Origin: Octopus bimaculoides
Taxonomy: Eukaryota
NCBI RefSeq assembly: GCF_001194135.2
Contig: NC_068986.1
Coordinates: forward strand, 75,763,949 to 75,797,841
Reading direction: 5' to 3'
Length of the DNA stretch: 33,893 nucleotides
In this document: in pieces, positions 1 to 10,305 of the stretch
Numbering within the stretch: the stretch's first letter is position 1
Layout: each line of letters begins with the position of its first letter
Made by a program: the position numbers and the translations under genes
Notes under the pieces: model-generated
Told to the model about the DNA's origin: nothing
Databases searched by the model: none
The model's input: only the letters and a program-made list of their open reading frames with translations

Positions 1-87
1 TTTAGTGCATAGAAGCATAGAGATATCTCCACCGAGGCTGGATGGTCCTCATCTGCTATCTATATCTCTATACTTCTATGCGCTAAA
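1..87. repeat. Inverted repeat / small foldback (MITE-like); left arm runs to the window edge
   Basis: 1-26 tttagtgcatagaagcatagagatat is the reverse complement of 62-87 atatctctatacttctatgcgctaaa, with 2 mismatches and a 35-nt spacer. Confidence 0.75.
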
Positions 88-207
88 CGTCTACACAAGA
101 GGCTTTCTCGGGACGAATAACGCAGTATTACGGCGCTCTTACAATATATCCACATTAAATAGGATTTAAAGACTGCCATTTGGTAATAATGCTGCCTCCA
201 TCGCTAT

Positions 208-231
208 CTGTCCATCTATCTATCCATCTAG

Positions 232-293
<62 letters not shown>

Positions 294-362
294 GTGTGTG
301 TATTTGTCTGTCTGTATGTATGTATGTATGTATGTATGTATGTATCGATTGATTGATTGATT
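208..362. repeat. Compound microsatellite (CTAT)n-(GTAT)n-(GATT)n
   Basis: Directly visible tetranucleotide runs. Confidence 0.95.
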
Positions 363-1036
363 GGCCTTATCGATAAATGTTGCACATTAATCTGCAAAAA
401 AGAAAACAATTTTTTTTCTTACAATTTCTTTCTATATTTAACCAATCAGCAGCATCATCATAAGACTACGATGAACCCGATATAGCAATTAACCAATCGC
501 AACTGCCGTATTATGTGGCTGAAAACCAAGACGCCCTGAGAGAAGCTATCCAATTTCCGTCAAACTTTTGCGTAATCCATGTCATTCCTTCGGTAAAAAA
601 AAAAAAAGGAAAGAAAATGCGATTTTATTGCATTTAATAACGACGACCAAAATCAATATTTCGATATCACAACAAAGTGGTTGATCGATTGCAAATTGAG
701 TGAAACTATCACCGTAACTACGATGAGGTTGGGAATTTTCTTGAAGTTCATGCCGTATAGCCACCTGAATAATCCGTCACCCCAACGAACCTATAGCGAA
801 TATAATTTCTGTAATTAGCATAACATAAATTTATTCCCTCCTGTTACGCATTATTATTGTGAAAGTTTAATGAAGAAAAATTAAGAGTAATACACACCGT
901 ACTCCAAAATTAAGCTAGAATAATCACAGTAATTGATAGCATATAAGAAGCACCTTCTTATTTCCAAAGTGTTTCTCCAAAAAAAATCATCCCAATTTCT
1001 ATATACGACACTGTTTTAAATATTAAGATTGATTAT

Positions 1037-1105
1037 ATTGGTTTCAAATTTTGACACAAGGCCAGCAATTTAGGGGGTGGGGTAAGTTGATTACATCGAC
1101 TCCAA
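1037..1105 (-). mobile_element. SINE family A, 3' fragment
   Basis: Reverse complement of the family A tail (gtcgatgtaatcgact...cttgtg..aaaatttgaaaccaat); matches 21572-21640 and 27985-28045. Confidence 0.75.
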
Positions 1106-1106
1106 T

Positions 1107-1262
1107 TTCGTCTATCTTCATGTTCTGAGTTCAAATTCCGCCGACTTGACCTTTCATCCTTTCGGAGTCAATAAAAGAAGTACCAGTTGAGCACTGGGGT
1201 CGATGTAATCGATCATCCCCCGTCCCCAAATTTCAGGCCTTGTGCTTATTAGTAGAAAAGAT
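1107..1262 (+). mobile_element. SINE family A copy, 5'-truncated
   Basis: gttctgagttcaaattccgcc (B-box-like)...cctttcatcctttcggagtcaataaaagaagtaccagttgagcactggggtcgatgtaatcga; the motif recurs many times in the window. Confidence 0.85.
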
Positions 1263-1275
1263 AATTATTATTTTT

Positions 1276-1515
1276 CATAAGGCAGAATCGTTAGCAGAAT
1301 TGTTAGCTGGCAAAATCGTTAGCACGCCGGGTGAAATGCTTAGCGGTATTTCGCTCATGGCTACATTCTGAGTTTAAATTCCGCCGAAGTCGACTTTGCC
1401 TTTCATCCTTTCGGAGTCTATAAATTAAGTACCAGTGAAACACTGCGGTTGATGTAACCGACTAGTCCCCTCCTCACGAAATTTCAGCCCTTGTGCCTTT
1501 AGTAAAGTGGATTAT
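1276..1515 (+). mobile_element. SINE family A, near full length, ending in (ATT)n
   Basis: ctggcaaaatcgttagcacgccgggtgaaatgcttagcggtatttcg...ttctgagtttaaattccgccgaagtcgactttgcctttcatcctttcgg...aagtaccag; tail ggattattattatt. Confidence 0.85.
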
Positions 1516-1554
1516 TATTATTATTATTGATATATATATATATATATATATACT

Positions 1555-1702
1555 ACGGGCTCTTTTTTTAGTTTCAGTCTACCAAATCCACTCACAAGAC
1601 TTTAGTCGGCCCGAGATTATAGTGGAAGACACTTGGCCAAGGTGCCACGTAGTAGGACTGAACCGGAATCTATATGGTTAGGAAGCAAGCTTCTTACCAA
1701 GC
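1555..1702 (-). mobile_element. SINE family B, head half
   Basis: Reverse complement matches 25531-25690 (ggtaagaagcttgcttcc...ggttcagtcc...gtggcaccttgg...gtcttccactat...gtgagtggatttggtagac). Confidence 0.85.
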
Positions 1703-2107
1703 GGAATTTCTTTACTAATAGACCTTCTCGACCAGGGCGATCTAGAGCTAAACAGTAAAACATGCATCATATTGATAATGCTTTACGATATAATCTATAG
1801 CATTATTCCAGCTTCAGTTTAATTTGGAACACGGAATGGTGGAGATTGGACAGCTTTCTCCCAGGGCGAGTTGTCTGCAGACCATATAATACGGCAATTA
1901 TGGTTGACTAATTGCTCTGTTGGAGCCATGGTACTCTTGTAGCAATGACATTGTTTGTTTAAACCTATGACTTTTTCGTGCAGCTTTTATCGATGTGGAC
2001 AATCAGTTTAGGATATTTATAATGGGCATAGCTGCGTGGTTAAGAATTGACACAGGCATAATTGAGTGATGAAGAAGTTCGCTTTGCAAGCCTGCAGTGC
2101 CCGAGTT

Positions 2108-2303
2108 GACAGAATCGTTACTACGCCGGAAAAAAATACTAAACGGCATTTCGTCCCTCTTTACGTTCTGAGTTCAAATTCTGCCGAGGTCGACTTTACC
2201 ATTCATCGTCTCGGGGTCGATAAAATAAGTACCAGTTGAGCACTGGGTTCGATGTAATCGACTTACTCACTTCCCCTGAACTTGCTGGCCTTGTGCGAAA
2301 ATG
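2108..2303 (+). mobile_element. SINE family A copy
   Basis: ttacgttctgagttcaaattctgccgaggtcgactttaccattcatcgtctcggggtcgataaaataagtaccagttgagcactgggttcgatgtaatcgact. Confidence 0.85.
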
Positions 2304-2605
2304 TGTTATAGGTATCACCAAATTTATTTTGCCCCCTTGATTTCAACGTAGCTTACACCAAATAACCAAATAAGAATGTCTTTTATAGAAGTGACAGAAC
2401 GAAAACAAAGGAGTGGACACATGAAGCGGACATATTACCCGTGCAGCCATCGTAACGAAGGGATATGAGCCACTGAATGTTTCTTGGTTCCAGATCATTA
2501 GATGTCTATTGAACCTAATTTAGCGGATAAATTTACTGGTTTAGTAGCTTCAGCTATGTACTCTAACCTCCAGATAGTGTGATTAAAGGGCAACTTATCT
2601 CCAAG

Positions 2606-2772
2606 TTCACACGTACACACGCACGCACACACGCACGCACACATACACACGCACACACGCCACACGTACGTACATATACACACACTAACACACAAACATC
2701 ACAGACGCGCACACAGACATACACAGACACAGATGCACCACACACACACACACACACACAAACACATATATA
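2606..2772. repeat. Degenerate (CA)n microsatellite
   Basis: Directly visible; source of spurious HT/CV-rich ORFs. Confidence 0.9.
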
Positions 2773-2775
2773 TTA

Positions 2776-3391
2776 TATGTGGTCTGATCAATAAGTATCC
2801 GGACTGTTGCCATAATAACGAAGCTAAAGCACGCAGAGTAAAGCCGCTTGGTACAGAATGACTTTGAACTCTGCTGTGCATGTGCACCACGTTTTAACGC
2901 TGTAGCTCACTTCCACTGTTTACAGCAGTGTTTGGAAGTAACGTGTGTAGCGTGTGTTCGTCGCATTGACCATGATACATCTGATAACTCACGGATGGTG
3001 ATTCGACGATTTACCCTCACAGCTGCACGCACATCTGCGATGTTTTTCTCAGTTCTACCGGTTGCGGGACTCCCAAAACATTTGTCAATATCGACATTTT
3101 TTCGGCCATCTTGGAAACATCTGAACCACCCGTACACTCGTGTGCGACTCATACACACACTCTCCATACACTTTCTGCAACTTCATGTAGGCCTCTGAGC
3201 AAGTATCGTCATGACAACTTTCTCTATAATGGTCAATGCAGTGATCACGCGTTACACACGTTACTTCGAAGCACTGCTGTAAATAGCGAAAGTGAGTAGA
3301 GGTCAAGATCAATCTGTGCGAAGCGGCTTCACTCTGCGTACTTTAGCTTCGTTACTATGGCAACAGTCCTGATACTTATTGATCAGATTTC

Positions 3392-3396
<5 letters not shown>
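2776..3396 (-). mobile_element. Tc1/mariner non-autonomous deletion derivative with long (about 190 bp) inverted repeats and a transposase N-terminal remnant
   Basis: The left end tatgtggtctgatcaataagtatccggactgttgccataataacgaagctaaagcacgcagag matches the reverse complement of the right end (3330-3396). Both ends are in TA context. An internal frameshifted minus-strand peptide reads EAYMKLQKVYGE / CMSRTRVYGWFRCFQDGRKNVDIDKCFGSPATGRTEKNIADVRAAVRVNRRITIRELS, the mariner paired-HTH region. Confidence 0.9.
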
Positions 3397-3435
<39 letters not shown>

Positions 3436-4377
3436 NNNNNNNNNNNNNNNNNNNNNNNNNNNNNNNNNNNNNNNNNNNNNNNNNNNNNNNNNNNNNNNNN
3501 NNNNNNNNNNNNNNNNNNNNNNNNNNNNNNNNNNNNNNNNNNNNNNNNNNNNNNNNNNNNNNNNNNNNNNNNNNNNNNNNNNNNNNNNNNNNNNNNNNNN
3601 NNNNNNNNNNNNNNNNNNNNNNNNNNNNNNNNNNNNNNNNNNNNNNNNNNNNNNNNNNNNNNNNNNNNNNNNNNNNNNNNNNNNNNNNNNNNNNNNNNNN
3701 NNNNNNNNNNNNNNNNNNNNNNNNNNNNNNNNNNNNNNNNNNNNNNNNNNNNNNNNNNNNNNNNNNNNNNNNNNNNNNNNNNNNNNNNNNNNNNNNNNNN
3801 NNNNNNNNNNNNNNNNNNNNNNNNNNNNNNNNNNNNNNNNNNNNNNNNNNNNNNNNNNNNNNNNNNNNNNNNNNNNNNNNNNNNNNNNNNNNNNNNNNNN
3901 NNNNNNNNNNNNNNNNNNNNNNNNNNNNNNNNNNNNNNNNNNNNNNNNNNNNNNNNNNNNNNNNNNNNNNNNNNNNNNNNNNNNNNNNNNNNNNNNNNNN
4001 NNNNNNNNNNNNNNNNNNNNNNNNNNNNNNNNNNNNNNNNNNNNNNNNNNNNNNNNNNNNNNNNNNNNNNNNNNNNNNNNNNNNNNNNNNNNNNNNNNNN
4101 NNNNNNNNNNNNNNNNNNNNNNNNNNNNNNNNNNNNNNNNNNNNNNNNNNNNNNNNNNNNNNNNNNNNNNNNNNNNNNNNNNNNNNNNNNNNNNNNNNNN
4201 NNNNNNNNNNNNNNNNNNNNNNNNNNNNNNNNNNNNNNNNNNNNNNNNNNNNNNNNNNNNNNNNNNNNNNNNNNNNNNNNNNNNNNNNNNNNNNNNNNNN
4301 NNNNNNNNNNNNNNNNNNNNNNNNNNNNNNNNNNNNNNNNNNNNNNNNNNNNNNNNNNNNNNNNNNNNNNNNNNNNN
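3436..4377. other. Assembly gap. Other gaps, approximate: 5994-6248, 8556-9451, 9875-9968, 12523-12532, 17650-18220, 19481-20299, 21091-21430, 24092-24998, 25758-25880, 27228-27783, 29450-30193, 30813-31282, 32326-33052
   Basis: Runs of N, most flanked by (AT)n or other microsatellites. Confidence 0.99.
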
Positions 4378-4617
4378 ATTATTAATTTTATTACTAATTG
4401 ACGATTCCCTGCCCTGCATATCTATATTTATATATATATATATATATACAACACACTCAAATCCATACATGCACTCACATATACAACATACGTTCATGTT
4501 TACACCCACATATACCCATATATGTACTCTCATATTATGTAATGAACGCATGCATATAATCAGAAACACACAGACACACACGTGCATATACCAACAGACA
4601 CAGAAACGGACGGAGAT

Positions 4618-4653
<36 letters not shown>

Positions 4654-5054
4654 GTATCAATAGACCAACTTGACACTTATGCAATACTGTCAACTGTTAT
4701 CTTTTCCTCCTTTCCTCCTCCTACTCCATTTTCTCTAATTTTATCTCCATTCTTCTCCCCTTCCTCTTCCCTCTCCTCCATCGCAACCTCTGATAAGAAG
4801 GAGTAAAGTTGATAAACACTATAGAAGTGAAATAATTACCAGAACTAATTTAAATATTTCAAGAATAATCACTGTCGGGTTGAGGTGGGCATGAAGGACG
4901 AAATATATACATAAATAAACACATATAAATAAATGAATAAATAAATACATATAAATAAATAAATAAACACTGATATCTAACCAAGACAGAAAAACTACAC
5001 ATTTTAGGGGACGGATTTAGTGATAATCTCCCCTCACTCTTTTCCAGTATCCAG

Positions 5055-5132
5055 GTGGAACTTTATTTTGTCAGCCCCTCAAAGTCGTAAGGCGAGGTCA
5101 ACCTTTACATAACCTAAACTCAGAACTTGAAG
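5055..5132 (-). mobile_element. Degenerate SINE family A remnant
   Basis: ggaactttattttgtcagcccctcaaagtcgtaaggcgaggtcaacc...aaactcagaac resembles the minus-strand copy at 20980-21050. Confidence 0.55.
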
Positions 5133-5240
5133 CGACGTAGCTGTGTGTGTGTGCGTTTGTGTGTGTGTGTGTGTCTGTCTATCTGTCTGTCTGTCTCTGT
5201 GTATGTATGTATGTATGTATGTATGTATGTATGTATGTAT

Positions 5241-5355
5241 GCAGGCGTAGCTGTGTGGTAATAAGCTCGCTTCCCAACCACATGTTCCGGGTTCAGTCCC
5301 ACTGCGTGGCACCATGAGCAAATGTCTTCTACTCTAACCTCTGGCCGACCAAAGT
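5241..5355 (+). mobile_element. SINE family B head (tRNA-like A/B boxes), truncated
   Basis: gcaggcgtagctgtgtggtaataagctcgcttcccaaccacatgttccgggttcagtcccactgcgtggcacc; A-box-like TAGCTGTGTGG, B-box-like GGTTCAGTCCC. Confidence 0.85.
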
Positions 5356-5378
5356 GCTCAATAATGAAGTGAATAACA

Positions 5379-5455
5379 TCGTGGGTCTCATCAGGTACAT
5401 CTATACATAATGGTCTGTGTCTCGCTAAAGATCCTGAGTTTTGGCAGTCATGGTT
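5379..5455 (-). mobile_element. Fragment of the foldback element found at 20315-20712
   Basis: gggtctcatcaggtacatctatacataatggtctgtgtctcgctaaagatcctgagttttggc is close to the reverse complement of about 20515-20582. Confidence 0.75.
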
Positions 5456-7261
5456 AGGGAATGAAGCATCGCTACAATATTCTGTTAGTATTGCCTCTTT
5501 TCAATAAGAGTTGCAAACACTTGTAAATACAGATAAATAATTGTTGATGGAAAAAAAATTCGTAAGGGAAGTTAATGGAAGGAGTGGGATGGATTGAGTT
5601 ACATTGGGTTTAAGACGGCGGAATGGTTTAAGAGGAAGGAAGGAAGGAAGAGATATATATGTAGGCTGTAACATCTAGGGGACTACAGGTTGTTTGGCTA
5701 GCCAGCTTAGATCAGGATGCGTATACACACATACACACAGACACACTTTCGCTCGTACATACACTCACGCAGGGGACGCTGGCCACTCGCCCATCCGGTC
5801 AATCTCGGCCGTAGTTAGTATAATTTATGGTTGGAAGATAACCTTATGAGTTGTGTGTGGTCACGCTTGTCTCGAGACGGGTAGTTCGCAGACACTCTAA
5901 CTCGCTCGACGTCTACATCACTCAGGGTGGATCATACACTCCTACATCCATATATATATATATATATGTATGTACATATATATATATATATATNNNNNNN
6001 NNNNNNNNNNNNNNNNNNNNNNNNNNNNNNNNNNNNNNNNNNNNNNNNNNNNNNNNNNNNNNNNNNNNNNNNNNNNNNNNNNNNNNNNNNNNNNNNNNNN
6101 NNNNNNNNNNNNNNNNNNNNNNNNNNNNNNNNNNNNNNNNNNNNNNNNNNNNNNNNNNNNNNNNNNNNNNNNNNNNNNNNNNNNNNNNNNNNNNNNNNNN
6201 NNNNNNNNNNNNNNNNNNNNNNNNNNNNNNNNNNNNNNNNNNNNNNNNTGGTTATATTTTATATATACATATTATGGTTATATTTTAATTAGTTGTTATC
6301 GAGGGTCATCAATTGTAATGGGAGAAATTGATTATTAAACAATATCATGATGATGTCGGTGTCAACAGCTGTGCCGATAAAAAATTGTTGTTATAATTGC
6401 ATGTTGTAAGATGGGAAAGATGCATGAAGTTTTAAGGAAATATTTATTTACCGTTGCATTACAATACCTTGCCTCGACGGGCAGGTTATGATAGATCCAA
6501 AAGCATGCGAAGTAAAGTTTGTGTTTGTGTCCTCATCATGGTTTAGTAATAGTTACAGAGAGAGATAGAATGATGTTGTAAGAGAACAGAATTAGAGCTA
6601 GTGTGAGTTGTAGGGTGAAGGACGTTGTCTCACAGTTGCTGGCAGTAAATTTCATTTCTCCCTCTGGCCAAGGTTTCTAGCTGGTCAGCCAGACTTCGTT
6701 CTCACTGAGTCGTCACCATGTGACTGGACTCGTTGAGTCGTCACCGACTGGTGACTAAACTGTCTTTTTGCTTGGGGCTTATTGTTTTTATAACTATCCA
6801 CAAGGATAGACATATCATTGAGATCAATAGATTTAGTTGGTGGTCTTGTTATCTCTATTCTAGCTTTTGGTGACGTAGAAGAGGTTAGAAAGGGTCAAGT
6901 GGTGAAGACATTATTTCGGCCTAACTAAAGGCATCTGGGAAATGTAAAATTGCTGTCAGAGAAAAACCATTGTTCCACCGTGGGAAAAGTTCTGTTGCAG
7001 TTTAATTTAAATTTGGCTATGGTGGATCGAATCCACTTCATGCATGCAAGATCCACTACATATATATATATACACACATACACAATTGCATACATACACT
7101 CACACATACCTATACACATATACGTACGCATATCCATATGCATGTATCTACACATACATATACATACACCTGCGCCCCTCTAATGCACGCTTAACGCCCA
7201 TAGATATACACATACACGTTTGCATACATTCGCTCACACATATATGTGAACATGTATGTTT

Positions 7262-7408
7262 ACGTGCCCGTAACCTAACGGTTCGGCAAAAGAAACTGAC
7301 AAAATAAATACTAGGTTTACAAAGAATAAGTCCTGGAGTCGATTTCTTCGGCTAAAGGCGGTGCTCCAGCATGGCTGCAGTTAGATGACTGAAACAAATG
7401 AAAGAATA
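7262..7408 (+). mobile_element. SINE family B, tail half
   Basis: tacgtgcccgtaacctaacggttcggcaaaaga...aataagtcctggagtcgatttcttcggctaaaggcggtgctccagcatggctgcagttagatgactgaaac. Confidence 0.85.
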
Positions 7409-7514
7409 TCTTTAAATTAATCAAATGTAAAGACAAAATCAAGAAAAACAACGAAAGTTAAAAGGACACATTCAGTGTATATATAAGATTGACGCTCAGA
7501 AAACGTTTAAGATG

Positions 7515-7960
7515 CATTTCTTTTATTAGCCACACAGGGCTCAACGAAGATGGGACAAATACAATGTAGAGCTTTTCTTTTTGGGAGGGGGAAGGAAGGA
7601 AAAAAAAAGGGGGGTGGTGTCGATCAAAAGGGATCGTAGGAAGGGAAAAGGGGGGAGTTCGATCAAAAGGGATCGAAAAAAAAAAAAAAGGAAAGGCCGA
7701 TCAATAGGGATCGTGTATCACACAGTCATGTATCACACAGTAATGTTCTCGTGTAAAAAGAGGGGAGGACAGTTTAGGTTTAGCCGTGGAAGGAAAAGCC
7801 TACGGAAAAGACCGGAAAAAAAAGTGTGACGTTTCGAACATGGGTCTTCATCAGAAAGGGGAAAGAGGAAAAAGTTCGGAGAGAGGGAAAAGAATAGTCT
7901 TAGAGAAGCAGGTGTGTCATTACATGGCGGACGTAAACAATAGATCAGAGTTCTGCAACA
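7515..7960 (-). mobile_element. Non-coding, hammerhead-bearing element, probably derived from a Penelope pLTR/3' end; boundaries approximate
   Basis: The minus strand is pyrimidine-rich and carries a hammerhead core (7828-7854), three CGATC-N6-GATCG hairpins and a 3' tail ending in ...gtggctaataaaagaaat. It has no credible ORF. Confidence 0.5.
7822..7860 (-). ncRNA. Minimal type-I hammerhead ribozyme motif, probably decayed
   Basis: Minus strand uuuCUGAUGA-agacccauguuc-GAAA-CGUC-aca. All core nucleotides are present, with the palindromic ACGU stem III typical of PLE-associated minimal hammerheads. Stem II is short and imperfect, and stem I is poorly paired. Confidence 0.6.
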
Positions 7961-9451
7961 TGGTACTTTTATTTTTATCTGTTACCTTAAACTAGTGAAA
8001 CACGTTGTTCTCCATTCGTTCCGCTTTTGAGCAAGGTTTTTTCAAAAGTCGAAATTAGTATTGCAATACTTAAAGTTATCCTGAAGTTTCTGCTTGCAAC
8101 ATGCAAGATAAACGATGCACAGGGCATTAGCTGTTCCAAAGCTAACGATAGAACATCAGATAATTATGCCTCTGACAAGTAAATGGTATGCAAAATATTC
8201 TAACCCTTACAGGTAAGTTCTGGTTTGCCTTCCATTCAAATAGATATTTTCTGAGTATTCTCTTTATGTATAAACGAAGAGGTATTTGTCCTCTGAAGAG
8301 TAACGAACAAAAGAAGTGAACATACAGTATGTCAGGGCAATCTCCTTTATTTTTTGTGTACGAAGAGAATAACAAGTTGTATAAACATTTGTTTACAGCT
8401 CCACAGCGAATTGGATATGGTGGCTTACTAAGTATAAATATGATTACAACAAATTTATCTTATATTCGTGTGCGCGTTTCTTTAATAAATTATATTGTCA
8501 TTCACACCGACATTTTGAGTTCTTTACATGTGTGCATACATATACATACATATATNNNNNNNNNNNNNNNNNNNNNNNNNNNNNNNNNNNNNNNNNNNNN
8601 NNNNNNNNNNNNNNNNNNNNNNNNNNNNNNNNNNNNNNNNNNNNNNNNNNNNNNNNNNNNNNNNNNNNNNNNNNNNNNNNNNNNNNNNNNNNNNNNNNNN
8701 NNNNNNNNNNNNNNNNNNNNNNNNNNNNNNNNNNNNNNNNNNNNNNNNNNNNNNNNNNNNNNNNNNNNNNNNNNNNNNNNNNNNNNNNNNNNNNNNNNNN
8801 NNNNNNNNNNNNNNNNNNNNNNNNNNNNNNNNNNNNNNNNNNNNNNNNNNNNNNNNNNNNNNNNNNNNNNNNNNNNNNNNNNNNNNNNNNNNNNNNNNNN
8901 NNNNNNNNNNNNNNNNNNNNNNNNNNNNNNNNNNNNNNNNNNNNNNNNNNNNNNNNNNNNNNNNNNNNNNNNNNNNNNNNNNNNNNNNNNNNNNNNNNNN
9001 NNNNNNNNNNNNNNNNNNNNNNNNNNNNNNNNNNNNNNNNNNNNNNNNNNNNNNNNNNNNNNNNNNNNNNNNNNNNNNNNNNNNNNNNNNNNNNNNNNNN
9101 NNNNNNNNNNNNNNNNNNNNNNNNNNNNNNNNNNNNNNNNNNNNNNNNNNNNNNNNNNNNNNNNNNNNNNNNNNNNNNNNNNNNNNNNNNNNNNNNNNNN
9201 NNNNNNNNNNNNNNNNNNNNNNNNNNNNNNNNNNNNNNNNNNNNNNNNNNNNNNNNNNNNNNNNNNNNNNNNNNNNNNNNNNNNNNNNNNNNNNNNNNNN
9301 NNNNNNNNNNNNNNNNNNNNNNNNNNNNNNNNNNNNNNNNNNNNNNNNNNNNNNNNNNNNNNNNNNNNNNNNNNNNNNNNNNNNNNNNNNNNNNNNNNNN
9401 NNNNNNNNNNNNNNNNNNNNNNNNNNNNNNNNNNNNNNNNNNNNNNNNNNN

Positions 9452-9605
9452 CACTACTACTACTCCTACCACCACCACCACCACCACCACCACCACCATT
9501 ACTGCTGCCATTACTGTTACCGTAGCTACTGCTACTGCTGCCACTAAAACTAATAATAACATTATTCTATCATTATTATTAGCATTATCATTATTATTAT
9601 TGCTA

Positions 9606-9659
<54 letters not shown>

Positions 9660-9820
9660 AGCAGCAGCAGCAGCAGGAGAGGAGGAGGGGAGGAGAGGGG
9701 AAGAGGAGGGGGAAATAATATGGCGACAGCTGGTCCCTCACAGTTATGTCATAATAAGGTAAAACTGTGTCCAGATGTCAGTTATTCATCTCACCTGCAA
9801 CAACAACAAACACAACAACA

Positions 9821-9869
<49 letters not shown>

Positions 9870-9870
9870 G
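9452..9870. repeat. Mosaic of trinucleotide repeats (ACT, ACC, GCT, TAA, GTT, AGC, GGA, CAA, CTA)
   Basis: Directly visible. Confidence 0.9.
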
Positions 9871-9968
9871 AGCCNNNNNNNNNNNNNNNNNNNNNNNNNN
9901 NNNNNNNNNNNNNNNNNNNNNNNNNNNNNNNNNNNNNNNNNNNNNNNNNNNNNNNNNNNNNNNNNNNN

Positions 9969-9995
<27 letters not shown>

Positions 9996-10000
<5 letters not shown>

Positions 10001-10305
10001 GGCGTAGCTGTGTGGTAAGTAGCTTGCTTACCAACCACATGGTTCCGGGTTCAGTCCTACTGCGTGATACCTTGGGTAAGTGTCTGTCTGTGTTTGTCAC
10101 CCCACCATTGCTTCACAACCGATGTTGGCGTGTTTACGCCCCCGTAACTTAGCGGTTCAGCAAAAGAAAGACTAATAGAATAAGTACTAGGTTTAAAAAA
10201 AAAAAGTCCTAGGTCAATTTGTTCAACTAAAGCCCTTCAAGGTGGTGCTCCTGCATGGCCGCAGTCAAATGACTGAAACAAATAAAAGAATGAAAGAATA
10301 AAAGA
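9996..10305 (+). mobile_element. SINE family B, head and tail with an internal deletion
   Basis: tRNA-like head gcaggcgtagctgtgtggtaagtagcttgcttaccaaccacatggttccgggttcagtcc, then ccaccattgcttcacaaccgatgttggcgtgtttacg...ggtggtgctcctgcatggccgcagtcaaatgactgaaac, ending in (AAAAGAAT)n. Confidence 0.9.

Noticed and set aside
464-595. Open frame DYDEPDIAINQSQLPYYVAENQDALREAIQFPSNFCVIHVIPS followed by GTAAAA
   Set aside because: Weak acceptor and donor and no recognisable homology; cannot be supported as an exon.
6700-6755. tgagtcgtcacc direct repeat and a gtcacc-gact-ggtgac hairpin
   Set aside because: Stems are only 6 bp and there is a single occurrence; compatible with chance or local duplication.
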